64,000 bases of DNA from Botryllus schlosseri (lineage: Eukaryota). The position numbers and the translations under genes are program-made. Below, piece by piece: positions 28,201-40,200 of the stretch (position 1 is the stretch's first letter; every line of letters starts with the position of its first letter). Location: contig CM119372.1 in assembly GCA_051294905.1 (NCBI GenBank), positions 4,900,001-4,964,000 of the forward strand, given 5' to 3'. The notes below the pieces were generated by a model that had not been told where the DNA came from, searched no databases, and saw only the letters and a list, made by a program, of their open reading frames with translations.

Positions 28201-31200
28201 GGTTTAAAGACGTGGAAAGAAGTAATAGTGTCGGCGTCATTTCCAAGTCTAACGATTACCGACCTCACTCCTCATCTGATGTACCGACTTCGTGTGGCCG
28301 AGAAGTGGCGAACAAACTCTGAGAGACACACGGAATTTACCTATCCCATCGAAGTCCGGACAAGTGAGAATATATGACTTTCAGAGGGAAGTTTCAAATT
28401 GATAGGTTCAGAATTATTCGTTTCTCAGATCCGAAAACGTTTCGATTCTACATTCGTCTGCCGCAAGTGTTGGCGGACGATCTATCCAACGTTCGTAGCA
28501 CGAAATATAGGGAAATGCAGGACTACGTCGTCGACTTTGTAAGTATACAGTATTACCATGAAGAAAATTTGGTCCAAAAGTGACGTGGACGGACATACAT
28601 TTGGGTCTCTAGAAATACATTCACGAGTAATGTTTGTTCGTTTCTTGTGACTCCAGCAGTACATTGTATCAGTAACATTTTATATAAAGGACCAACCGTA
28701 TACGTAAATCAAATTGATGTTTATTTAGCATCCCTACCGGTTTGATACATCAGCACGTGTGTATGTGTATAGCATCACAATTTGATAAATAATCTTTGAT
28801 TTGTTACACAGTAAAATATTTCATGGCTGGTATTCGAAATTGTAATGCGCCAATTGGTTTATTTTTGTCGTTATATCGATGCAGGTGGCAAAAATGATTT
28901 TTAGAGCTCTCGTATTTTTACGTTGTATTTGTAGCACATGGTATCGTTTAACTGGGCCGGCTACCAATATGACCAATGCCAATATTTATATTTATTGAAA
29001 TTATCACGTTTCCCTCTTAACTATAATATGGTATGATATATCTGTAATGAGATGTTATTTGTTACTCAACTAGAACCAGACATGGGGTAATCGCGATTAG
29101 TAATCGTAATCGATTACGACGATTACAGCATTTTGAAGTAATCGTAATCGCAATCGATTACATTCGAAAAAAATCCGAAGTAATCGTAATCGTAATCGAC
29201 TACTTCCTATATCTAATCGATTTTTTGTGAAAGAACGATTACTTTTTGTTGGTACAAGGACTATGACAGAAACTGAATATTCGTGAACAAGAATGAGATA
29301 ATATACCACGTTAGCGATAGCACAAACGTCTGTTTTCAAACGCCACTGACTCATTATTACGTCAGAAGTGTTAGCTCCGCTCGTCATTGCGTAAGAACTA
29401 TCCACACATAGTAAACAGACATGCGATTGACATTGTAGTGTGATTGTAAGATCACCTCCCGTGGTGTATATCAGGTTATCAATACACTACAGAAATCCCT
29501 ACCTCGCAGCAGGATATTGATCACCACTCTGCCAATAGTTTCAAATAGTAACTTATCTATTGATGTTTGGTTGTGCTTAGTTAAACGCAGTTTACCGTTG
29601 CTGCTTGGCCTACGTACGCACGTGCACCTGACGAAGATTAGGAATTTTGTACTCGTCGAATAAAACATTGCGCAGTTTCCACAACGAAGCATTACAAATA
29701 AACAGCTGCTGATATATATCATAAACGAGCCGTGCTTGGCCGTTTCTCGTAACAGCAGCTCGCAGTATATGTATAAAGTTGAAGGCAGAATTTTTATGTT
29801 CACTATATCTTATTCTCAGATAACTACTTGAAACAGGCGTCAATCGTTATTTCACAGTTCGTTACTTAGCTTACCGCTTATATAGCCTGAGATGTTAGCG
29901 TTGGTTGTAGCTAGAATCAGCAATTCAGCCAAAACTGCAATTCGTCCCCCTTTCCAACCGTTGGTCAATTTTCAAAACTGAAGTTTCGGCCTAGGTATGT
30001 CTTTGGTATCGCATCCCGTGGAGTTGCGTGTTGGCCGAAACTGCATGTCATTTGGTGTGTTGTGGGATCGTGGCGCGGTAATGACCGGCTCCGAAATGCC
30101 CGTCCCATAAAATAGCCTATGCATGTTTGTTCTTGAGTGGAAGAGGTATGAAATTATGAATTTCAAACCCAGCTATCTACTGGAGCAGGGGTCACCAACC
30201 GTTTGGAAACAAAAAGCTACTTCTTGAGTAGTGTGTACTGATTATTGCGACGACCGACGGGTTACCACTTACTCCCGCCATTTATCCTTGTTCAGTTGGA
30301 TTTCTTCACTTAGAGTAAGACAATCAGAGCACTGGGCCGGGTTTCCGCCCCTTAACAAGAACAAAAACGCTCACTCGCCGGGACTCACACCAGCTCCTCC
30401 GGGCTCAGTTGCGTTGCTGCAGTACGCGCCGAAGCGCCAATCTCTGCGTCGAGACTCGGAAATATAAACTATAGATTCTAGTTGAGCCGCCGCGTGGGCG
30501 AAGAAAAGCAATGCCCCGAGCGACTGCGTTCGTATGTTCCTTGGGGCCGGCCGACCCATGTTCAACTGCTGCTCATATGAAACCAGCTTCAACTTTCAAA
30601 TCTCTCATTTGGATATTAGCTACATCGCAGTGGTGGCCCTACAAACGGGGGGGGGGGCTGGGCGAGACTTACCGGGGGGCCCTATAAGTATCTATCCGTA
30701 ACTTATGGGGGGCTTCGCCCCCCAGATCCCCTTTCGCATCTGTTATTATTATCTATCATTCACCACGGCAAGGTTTGGCCAGGTGCTGGATTCGGCCATG
30801 TCTATTTTTTCATGCGTGCAAGGATAGACTACATTAAAACTAAGTAATTCTACCGCATGCAGAGACGTGATGATTATCGGGATATGGTAGTTTTCTAACA
30901 AATGCAGAGATTTGATGATGATTGACACATCTGCACGGAATCCTGTTCTTGCTTGGCACACGGATTTTCATGTTTATTCGTTATTATCCTTGAAAAAAGC
31001 GCATAATCCAAGTAGGGGGCCCTTCGACCAGGGGAGCCCCGGGCGACCGCCCACCTCGCCCACCCAAAAGCCACCACTGTTACAGCGACCGCGGGCGACT
31101 AATTTGGTCCGCGTTGGTGACCCCTGTACTAGAGACATTTGAATCGCAAAGCTCGAAGAACATTTTCAAGAATTATTTAAATTCTCAAAAATACTCTATA

Positions 31201-34200
31201 ATTTATGTTGGTTTACGAAATACTTCTGAGTCCCCTTCGAGCACGCTCCCCACCCTATTAAGGAATTTAGGGTGCGGCAGGTAAAGACCATTGCAATAAT
31301 GCAAATCGTTGGATGCGATAAATCATCCACTATAAAGTTGGGCAATTGGTAGGCCTATATTATGACGTAATAAGCAAATGACGCATGATGTATGACGAGA
31401 GTTGATATCTCATTAAGCCTTTTCATCGCAATCCTTGTATTGTCTTCCAATATATCATTTAAGATTATAGTCCTAAGAAACAAAACAAATGTAATCGTGA
31501 GTAATCATGATTACTTTTCCAATGTAATCGTAATCGTAATCGACTACTTCCTGATTTTGCTGTAATCGTAATCGTAATCGTAATCGCGTGATTCCGAAGT
31601 AATCGTAATCGCAATCGATTACATTCATAAAGTAATCACCCCATGTCTGACTAGAACCCCATTCGACTTCCGTGCATCGGAGTAACCGTCAGAGATGGGC
31701 CAAAAGCAACCCTACTGGCACCGAGATTCCCTAACCTCCACCAAGATTTTATCCTGACTACGCCAATGCTTCCGAGTCATTTGATTTCGCAGTAAAATAT
31801 GAAGTATCGATATCAATGATCTTAATGTTGTTATTGTGTAATATTAGGTCCGGCGTGTCTACTCAAGCCTCCGTTCTTCCGACCAATATCGCCAGATCGA
31901 TTTTGGGGATGCTGGCCACGTTACCTTCCGGCCACACGTCGATCAAGGTATTCGCTTCTGGATCTGATTCGAAATGACGCTTGACATCTACATTTCAATA
32001 CAGGGACCGAGGCTACGTTCCTTGTCTTTTTAACCGACAAGAGTGATGGTGGCGCTCGCATACTAAAGTCGGCTTTCGATGACGCCTCGAAAAAGATCCC
32101 AAACCCAAGAGATCTCCAACTAATGGCAGTTACAGGTAACGATGTTCTGTACCATATTCGTCATTATCCGCGGCTAACATTATACATTTCAATTCTTGGA
32201 CATCACGCAGACTTCAACGAGTGTAAATCGGACGACTTTATGGATTGCGACCAAAATGCAGAGTGCCGCAATGTTGACGGTACATTCTTTTGTAACTGTG
32301 GGCCCGGATATACCGACACCAGCGTGTTATACAACCTACTTCGGGGACGAAAGTGTGAAGGAAAAGGCACAACTACGACAAGTCAGTTAAAATTTGAAAC
32401 TTTCCCCATATCAATAGATTGGTCATTCCTTGAAAGGAAATATCTCACCACTTTGATTATTGCAGCGACCACAACTACTACAACAACAACAACTGCTACG
32501 ACAACAACAACTATTGCGCAACCTAATAACATGATTCAGGCGACCCCGAACAACCTTCCTGGGCTGGTTATCAGCGATCGAGAAAATATAACCCCAAGCC
32601 CACGACTTCCACCGCGAACCCCACTGCGTACTCAGCGACCTTCGACTACGGTAGCACCGCCCAGAACATCTCGTCGACCGTTTCAGACGCCGCCACGTTA
32701 TCAATTGACAAGGTGAGAGCCAAATAATGTTCATCATCACTGCTATCGATTAAGTACAACCAAAAGCATTGTTGATCAATTTACTGTTACAATTGCTACA
32801 TTCAGCAGAATCTTTCTATTATAACGGTGTCACCCTAAGATCCCGCAACGAGGGAAAACGACGAGCTAAATATCACGGAGCTCAGTCGCATCGAAGATTT
32901 GTTTGTTTCATTCACAACATTGGTACTTATCGCCTATAAGGTCATTTGCGCGCAGCACGGTAATTTCAGTAAGATCAGTGTCTCTGCGGTCTTTTTGTCA
33001 TACTACGAACGACTTTCGTTCTCGTGCTGTCCCGCCATCGCGTCCATATCTTCAGTCTTCGCTGCCGACTTTTTTGGCTCGGCCCACCTTCACTCTAGAG
33101 CAGAGGTCTCAAACTCAAATGAGCTCGCGGGCCAATTTCCCAGTTATGATGACGCCGCGGGCCGCAGCATCAATAATGAGGATATCCAATGTAATATTTC
33201 CAAGTAGGCCTTTTTTGACGGGACCTTATAGACAGGCATTCCACAATCATCTCAAATATATAATTTACTCTTGTAGTATTCACGTTTGACACGGAAAAAT
33301 TCATATTATCAAATATTTGAATAAAATTGTTTTTGTGGGGGCACAATTTTCTTTTAATTAATGAGTTATAGACATCATAGGAGATGATGCATCATTCACC
33401 CTCTATTATTCCAATGAGATATCTCGTTGCCCCTGACCATTTTCAACACGATTTCAGATGGTACCTATATGAAAATCAGAAAGCCCATTCACATAACATC
33501 GCGCATAGCGGCAATACTATTTTCCAGTTGAATAAATTGGCCAATAAAATAGGCCTATTCCACAGCATATAGGCGAATTCCACAATGCATCTCGTGGTGA
33601 GGTGCTTCGTTCCCCGATGGGGTCTACGTACCCTGGTTAAGAACCCCTGGAATAGAAATGTCCAATCGGTCAAGAATTCATTGGTGTAACAGCTGTAGAG
33701 CGTACTAATGCATTTGTCGACACCGATAATAAAATGGATAAATAGAACAAACAACACCCAAAATGTAACCAACTATACGTCACGGGGGTCACAGAATGCC
33801 AATGGTAGCCGTACAGACCTGATTAGATAGCTACATATCCTACGCAACGCAAGCAACGATGTTTTGATATATTACTATTCCCCATGACAGTTTCATAGAT
33901 TGTTTCGTCCGTAGAAATACCAAGTCACCGTTCCGAGTCGCAAATCCTTCTCTGATTTTACCGTTTGACCTGACTCAACTCAAGTCATTTTTATTAACTC
34001 ACTCAGTCAATCCTAAATTGAGTAATTTTACGAGAAGGTCGCACCTAACTAAATCAACATTTTCAGTCACGAATCATCAAGGGTCATGTTTTATCATCAT
34101 GAATTAGAAATGTGACGTTAGCAGATCTTTCACTGCTTAGCAGCTTTTAAAAGTGATGTGATAGTGAGATTTTTCGAGATTTCAGTGATCTTTATAGTAG

Positions 34201-37200
34201 TTTTAGGGTGAACTTTAAGATCTTGTATCTAAAAAAGATATATGGCACTGGAATGTATTGTTGAATACTTGAAATTCCAAAATGCCATCGCGGGCCGCAC
34301 AAAATCCTCTCGCGGGCCGCGTGTTTGAGACCTCTGCTCTAGAGTCTAGGCTTTTACATACACTGCAATCGCAGCGAGGTTAGCGATGATGATTCGAACC
34401 GCTTCCATTAGTGTCGCCACGCTGGCGCTTAACGAAATGCGCCACTCGCTTACCAGTCGCAACGAAGTAAATAAGTCCTTGTCCACAATATTCGTTAAAA
34501 ATCAGTTGTAATATGACACGAGATATTCAACATTGGTAGAAATGCAATAAATTTGGGCTTTTCGAACGACATTACTATAGTTAGTTGCCATCGCTTCCAT
34601 TTTCCATATACACTTGAAATAGGTCAATCAATCAATCAGGTTTATTTTCATCGTTTCAAAACATCGCAAGACTGCGATACAATGAAAAGATAGGAAGGTG
34701 TCGAAACAACTTGGAGTAGCCTTTAAGATCAGACACCTACCTTAGCCTAGGCGAAGTAAATAAGAGGCATGCACACTGAATGAAAAAGTGATTTGTGGTA
34801 CAGAACTTCAGAATAACGCGAAACAATAACTTCATATTGTTAATTTATTCGCTAAAAGCTTTTCGACTAACTCTCATCAGTAGCGAACGTTAGTGATAGG
34901 GTGAATCAAATTCGAAATGTAAGAACTATTTTGTCTGTATGACGTAATAATAACAAAAACAAACTACTAGTAGACGGGCTAGATGCGGTAGTAACGGTAC
35001 AAAACAAACGTTAACGAGTACATATTCGGTTATAAATAACCGAAAACACAACACATAACATTAATGAAATATTCCAAGAGTGTAGAGGCGTTCCTTTTGG
35101 CGACAGAGAATCGGCTTTCGTAGCTTGATGATCGTAGATTCCAGGACCTTTAAATGAAAAAGAGAACGGCCACGAGCAAGTATAGAAAATTGACTGTCAT
35201 TGTAATGATCAGCACATTCTGGATGGGATAAGAGATGCTGTCCAATAGCCGAATTACAAGCAGTAACTTGATCATAATCACGCAGTGTGTCAACAGACTG
35301 CGATGAAGGAGTTGGAGAAACATTATTTATTCTAATTTGCCGTGGGACATGCTGGCGAATTCTTTGCTGCAAGCGCTGAGACGTGCGACCTACATACCGA
35401 CTGTCACATCGGCACGTGTATTCATATATTATGTTGCTTTGATTTGTCGCAGGTAGCACATCCTTTTGCGTTGCAGGCATCAGAGATTTCGTCATGAAGA
35501 TTATCTGAGGTTTTACTTGTGAAAAACAATGACTCACTGACGATTTAATTTGTTTTTCAAACCTGTTGGACACTTTCCCAATCCAAGGAAGATGCAAATA
35601 AACAGGACATTTCTTAGGTCCAAACGGTTTAACTTTTCTGAAATCTTTGAGTTTACGATCTATGGTCATTTTAATGATATGATCAGGATAACCATTTGAC
35701 TGAAAGATTGACCGAATGTTCTCCAATTCAGAATCAAGTTTGACTTTACTACAAATCATCAGAGCCCTGTGTACCAGAGTTCTTATCAAATTTACTTTAC
35801 GTTTTACTGGACAGAAAGAATCCCACGAAATGTATTGCCCACTGAATGTAGGCTTACGGTAAACTGATGTAACAAAATTAGCACCCGTCTTTTCCACTAC
35901 AACATCAAGGAATGCTAATGAATTATTAACCTCTTTTTCCATGGTGAATTTCAGTGATGGGTGAAGACCATTCAATTTGCTCAGAAACAAATCACACTGG
36001 GATTCATTTTCAAATATGGCGAAGGTGTCATCAACATATCTTTGATACATTAATGGTCGATCAATATCTTCGAATAACCGTTTTTCGTAATACCCCACAA
36101 AAATGTTAGCCAGAATGGGACCAAGCGGCGATCCCATTGCAACACCATCGATCTGTGTATATATGGTGTTATTGAAACTAAATTCGACATCACAAGTGAT
36201 CAATCGCATTAATTTAACAAAAGAAGACCTTGAGAATGGAGGAGATGGAAGGACACCACCATAGAGTTCATTGGCACAAATCTCTATAGTCTCTTGAACT
36301 GGCACGTTCGTGAATAAACTAGATATATCAAACGAACACATAGAGATTTCGGACTCATCGAGATCAACATTACGAATGGTATCAGCAAATGTGAACGAGT
36401 CACGAATGCAGTTACCACCATAGAACAAACTCACCGGCTCAAGATATCTCGCAATCCACTTCGCGACTTTGTGATACGCTGATCCAACCATCGATAGTAT
36501 CGGACGTAAGGGTACATTCGATTTATGGGTCTTCGGAAGACCATACATACGTGGTCGAATAGAGCCAGTGGGTCTGATGTCGTCGTATTCAGCAGAAGAG
36601 ATTTTTTCCCGCCTTCTTGAGGGTCAATAGTAGACGCTGAATACGAGCTTCTATCTTGGAGGTGTTGTCATTGTCACACGCAGGGCCAAGGATTTCAAAT
36701 TTAGACTTGTCGCCGAGAATTGAATCCATTTTAGAAATGTAGTCACACTTATTCAAAATGACTACACCAGATCCTTTATCAGGTTTGGTTATGTGAATTG
36801 ACTTATTGGATTTCAGGGATCTGATGCTCCTGTAGCAATCGGACGTCATCGTGAAATCACTTCTGTCGATTGGAGTTCCACAAAAACCATGCGCTAAGCT
36901 ACTTAGTTTGGCTTTAAGTGCCACAATTTTCTCACTGTGTTCCTTAGCTCTGCTTTCATCATCAAATTTCTGGTGGTGATGTGACAATTGTCCAAGTAAT
37001 ACCTCAAATTCAGCAAAGACTTCCTCACGCTTGATTTCTGTCGGTGGCACAGAAAAATTAAGACCAAGAGATAGTACCAACTCTTCTGTGTCACTCAGCT
37101 CATAGTCCGATAAGTTGGTAATAACCTTACTACCACCAACTGCCTTGGTACCGTATCGTGTCTTGAGAAGCAAGCTGATGTTACGCTCATTCTGCCGTAC

Positions 37201-40200
37201 CTTCTCATCCTCTTTACGTGCATCAATTTTGGCCATATAACGACAAAACCGTATCAGGTCAAAATAAGATAAAAACTGCACTGCCTGCTGCTTAAGCTTG
37301 GCACAACGTTGAGTTACGGTTTTGTCGTTATATGGCCAAAATTGATGCACGTAAAGAGGATGAGAAGGTACGGCAGAATGAGCGTAACATCAGCTTGCTT
37401 CTCAAGACACGATACGGTACCAAGGCAGTTGGTGGTAGTAAGGTTATTACCAACTTATCGGACTATGAGCTGAGTGACACAGAAGAGTTGGTACTATCTC
37501 TTGGTCTTAATTTTTCTGTGCCACCGACAGAAATCAAGCGTGAGGAAGTCTTTGCTGAATTTGAGGTATTACTTGGACAATTGTCACATCACCACCAGAA
37601 ATTTGATGATGAAAGCAGAGCTAAGGAACACAGTGAGAAAATTGTGGCACTTAAAGCCAAACTAAGTAGCTTAGCGCATGGTTTTTGTGGAACTCCAATC
37701 GACAGAAGTGATTTCACGATGACGTCCGATTGCTACAGGAGCATCAGATCCCTGAAATCCAATAAGTCAATTCACATAACCAAACCTGATAAAGGATCTG
37801 GTGTAGTCATTTTGAATAAGTGTGACTACATTTCTAAAATGGATTCAATTCTCGGCGACAAGTCTAAATTTGAAATCCTTGGCCCTGCGTGTGACAATGA
37901 CAACACCTCCAAGATAGAAGCTCGTATTCAGCGTCTACTATTGACCCTCAAGAAGGCGGGAAAAATCTCTTCTGCTGAATACGACGACATCAGACCCACT
38001 GGCTCTATTCGACCACGTATGTATGGTCTTCCGAAGACCCATAAATCGAATGTACCCTTACGTCCGATACTATCGATGGTTGGATCAGCGTATCACAAAG
38101 TCGCGAAGTGGATTGCGAGATATCTTGAGCCGGTGAGTTTGTTCTATGGTGGTAACTGCATTCGTGACTCGTTCACATTTGCTGATACCATTCGTAATGT
38201 TGATCTCGATGAGTCCGAAATCTCTATGTGTTCGTTTGATATATCTAGTTTATTCACGAACGTGCCAGTTCAAGAGACTATAGAGATTTGTGCCAATGAA
38301 CTCTATGGTGGTGTCCTTCCATCTCCTCCATTCTCAAGGTCTTCTTTTGTTAAATTAATGCGATTGATCACTTGTGATGTCGAATTTAGTTTCAATAACA
38401 CCATATATACACAGATCGATGGTGTTGCAATGGGATCGCCGCTTGGTCCCATTCTGGCTAACATTTTTGTGGGGTATTACGAAAAACGGTTATTCGAAGA
38501 TATTGATCGACCATTAATGTATCAAAGATATGTTGATGACACCTTCGCCATATTTGAAAATGAATCCCAGTGTGATTTGTTTCTGAGCAAATTGAATGGT
38601 CTTCACCCATCACTGAAATTCACCATGGAAAAAGAGGTTAATAATTCATTAGCATTCCTTGATGTTGTAGTGGAAAAGACGGGTGCTAATTTTGTTACAT
38701 CAGTTTACCGTAAGCCTACATTCAGTGGGCAATACATTTCGTGGGATTCTTTCTGTCCAGTAAAACGTAAAGTAAATTTGATAAGAACTCTGGTACACAG
38801 GGCTCTGATGATTTGTAGTAAAGTCAAACTTGATTCTGAATTGGAGAACATTCGGTCAATCTTTCAGTCAAATGGTTATCCTGATCATATCATTAAAATG
38901 ACCATAGATCGTAAACTCAAAGATTTCAGAAAAGTTAAACCGTTTGGACCTAAGAAATGTCCTGTTTATTTGCATCTTCCTTGGATTGGGAAAGTGTCCA
39001 ACAGGTTTGAAAAACAAATTAAATCGTCAGTGAGTCATTGTTTTTCACAAGTAAAACCTCAGATAATCTTCATGACGAAATCTCTGATGCCTGCAACGCA
39101 AAAGGATGTGCTACCTGCGACAAATCAAAGCAACATAATATATGAATACACGTGCCGATGTGACAGTCGGTATGTAGGTCGCACGTCTCAGCGCTTGCAG
39201 CAAAGAATTCGCCAGCATGTCCCACGGCAAATTAGAATAAATAATGTTTCTCCAACTCCTTCATCGCAGTCTGTTGACACACTGCGTGATTATGATCAAG
39301 TTACTGCTTGTAATTCGGCTATTGGACAGCATCTCTTATCCCATCCAGAATGTGCTGATCATTACAATGACAGTCAATTTTCTATACTTGCTCGTGGCCG
39401 TTCTCTTTTTCATTTAAAGGTCCTGGAATCTACGATCATCAAGCTACGAAAGCCGATTCTCTGTCGCCAAAAGGAACGCCTCTACACTCTTGGAATATTT
39501 CATTAATGTTATGTGTTGTGTTTTCGGTTATTTATAACCGAATATGTACTCGTTAACGTTTGTTTTGTACCGTTACTACCGCATCTAGCCCGTCTACTAG
39601 TAGTTTGTTTTTGTTATTATTACGTCATACAGACAAAATAGTTCTTACATTTCGAATTTGATTCACCCTATCACTAACGTTCGCTACTGATGAGAGTTAG
39701 TCGAAAAGCTTTTAGCGAATAAATTAACAATATGAAGTTATTGTTTCGCGTTATTCTGAAGTTCTGTACCACAAATCACTTGTTCAAATACTTTCGCAAA
39801 AGGTACAGTGACCAACAATTGGAGATCCTTAATAAGTTGGTCAGAACTCGGGGGAAAATTCGAAATCTACGGTATCATGTAGCCTTTCTTAAGGCTTGTA
39901 TAAAGAAAAGAGTTGTACCAAAGTTTCTGAAGACGAGGATAGAGAAATCGCGTGCTCGCATCAACTCCAGAATTGAGAGTGCATTTTTACATGATGAGAT
40001 CGAGAACAGCGTAAAAGAGATGAGTACCGTAACTCAACGTTGTGCCAAGCTTAAGCAGCAGGCAGTGCAGTTTTTATCTTATTTTGACCTGATACGGTTT
40101 TGTCGTTATATGGCCAAAATTGATGCACGTAAAGAGGATGAGAAGGTACGGCAGAATGAGCGTAACATCAGCTTGCTTCTCAAGACACGATACGGTACCA

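Noticed and set aside
32360..32465. Apparent non-canonical (GA/GC) donor after the EGF exon
   Set aside because: A canonical GTCAGT donor about 20 nt further on gives the correct phase.
36589..37350. 253-aa ORF with a novel N-terminus (MHQFWPYNDK)
   Set aside because: Chimeric read-through across the inversion junction into the truncated PLE ORF, not an independent gene.
37474..37665. 63-aa overlapping ORF present in all three PLE copies
   Set aside because: It recurs only because the copies are identical; no independent evidence of coding function.
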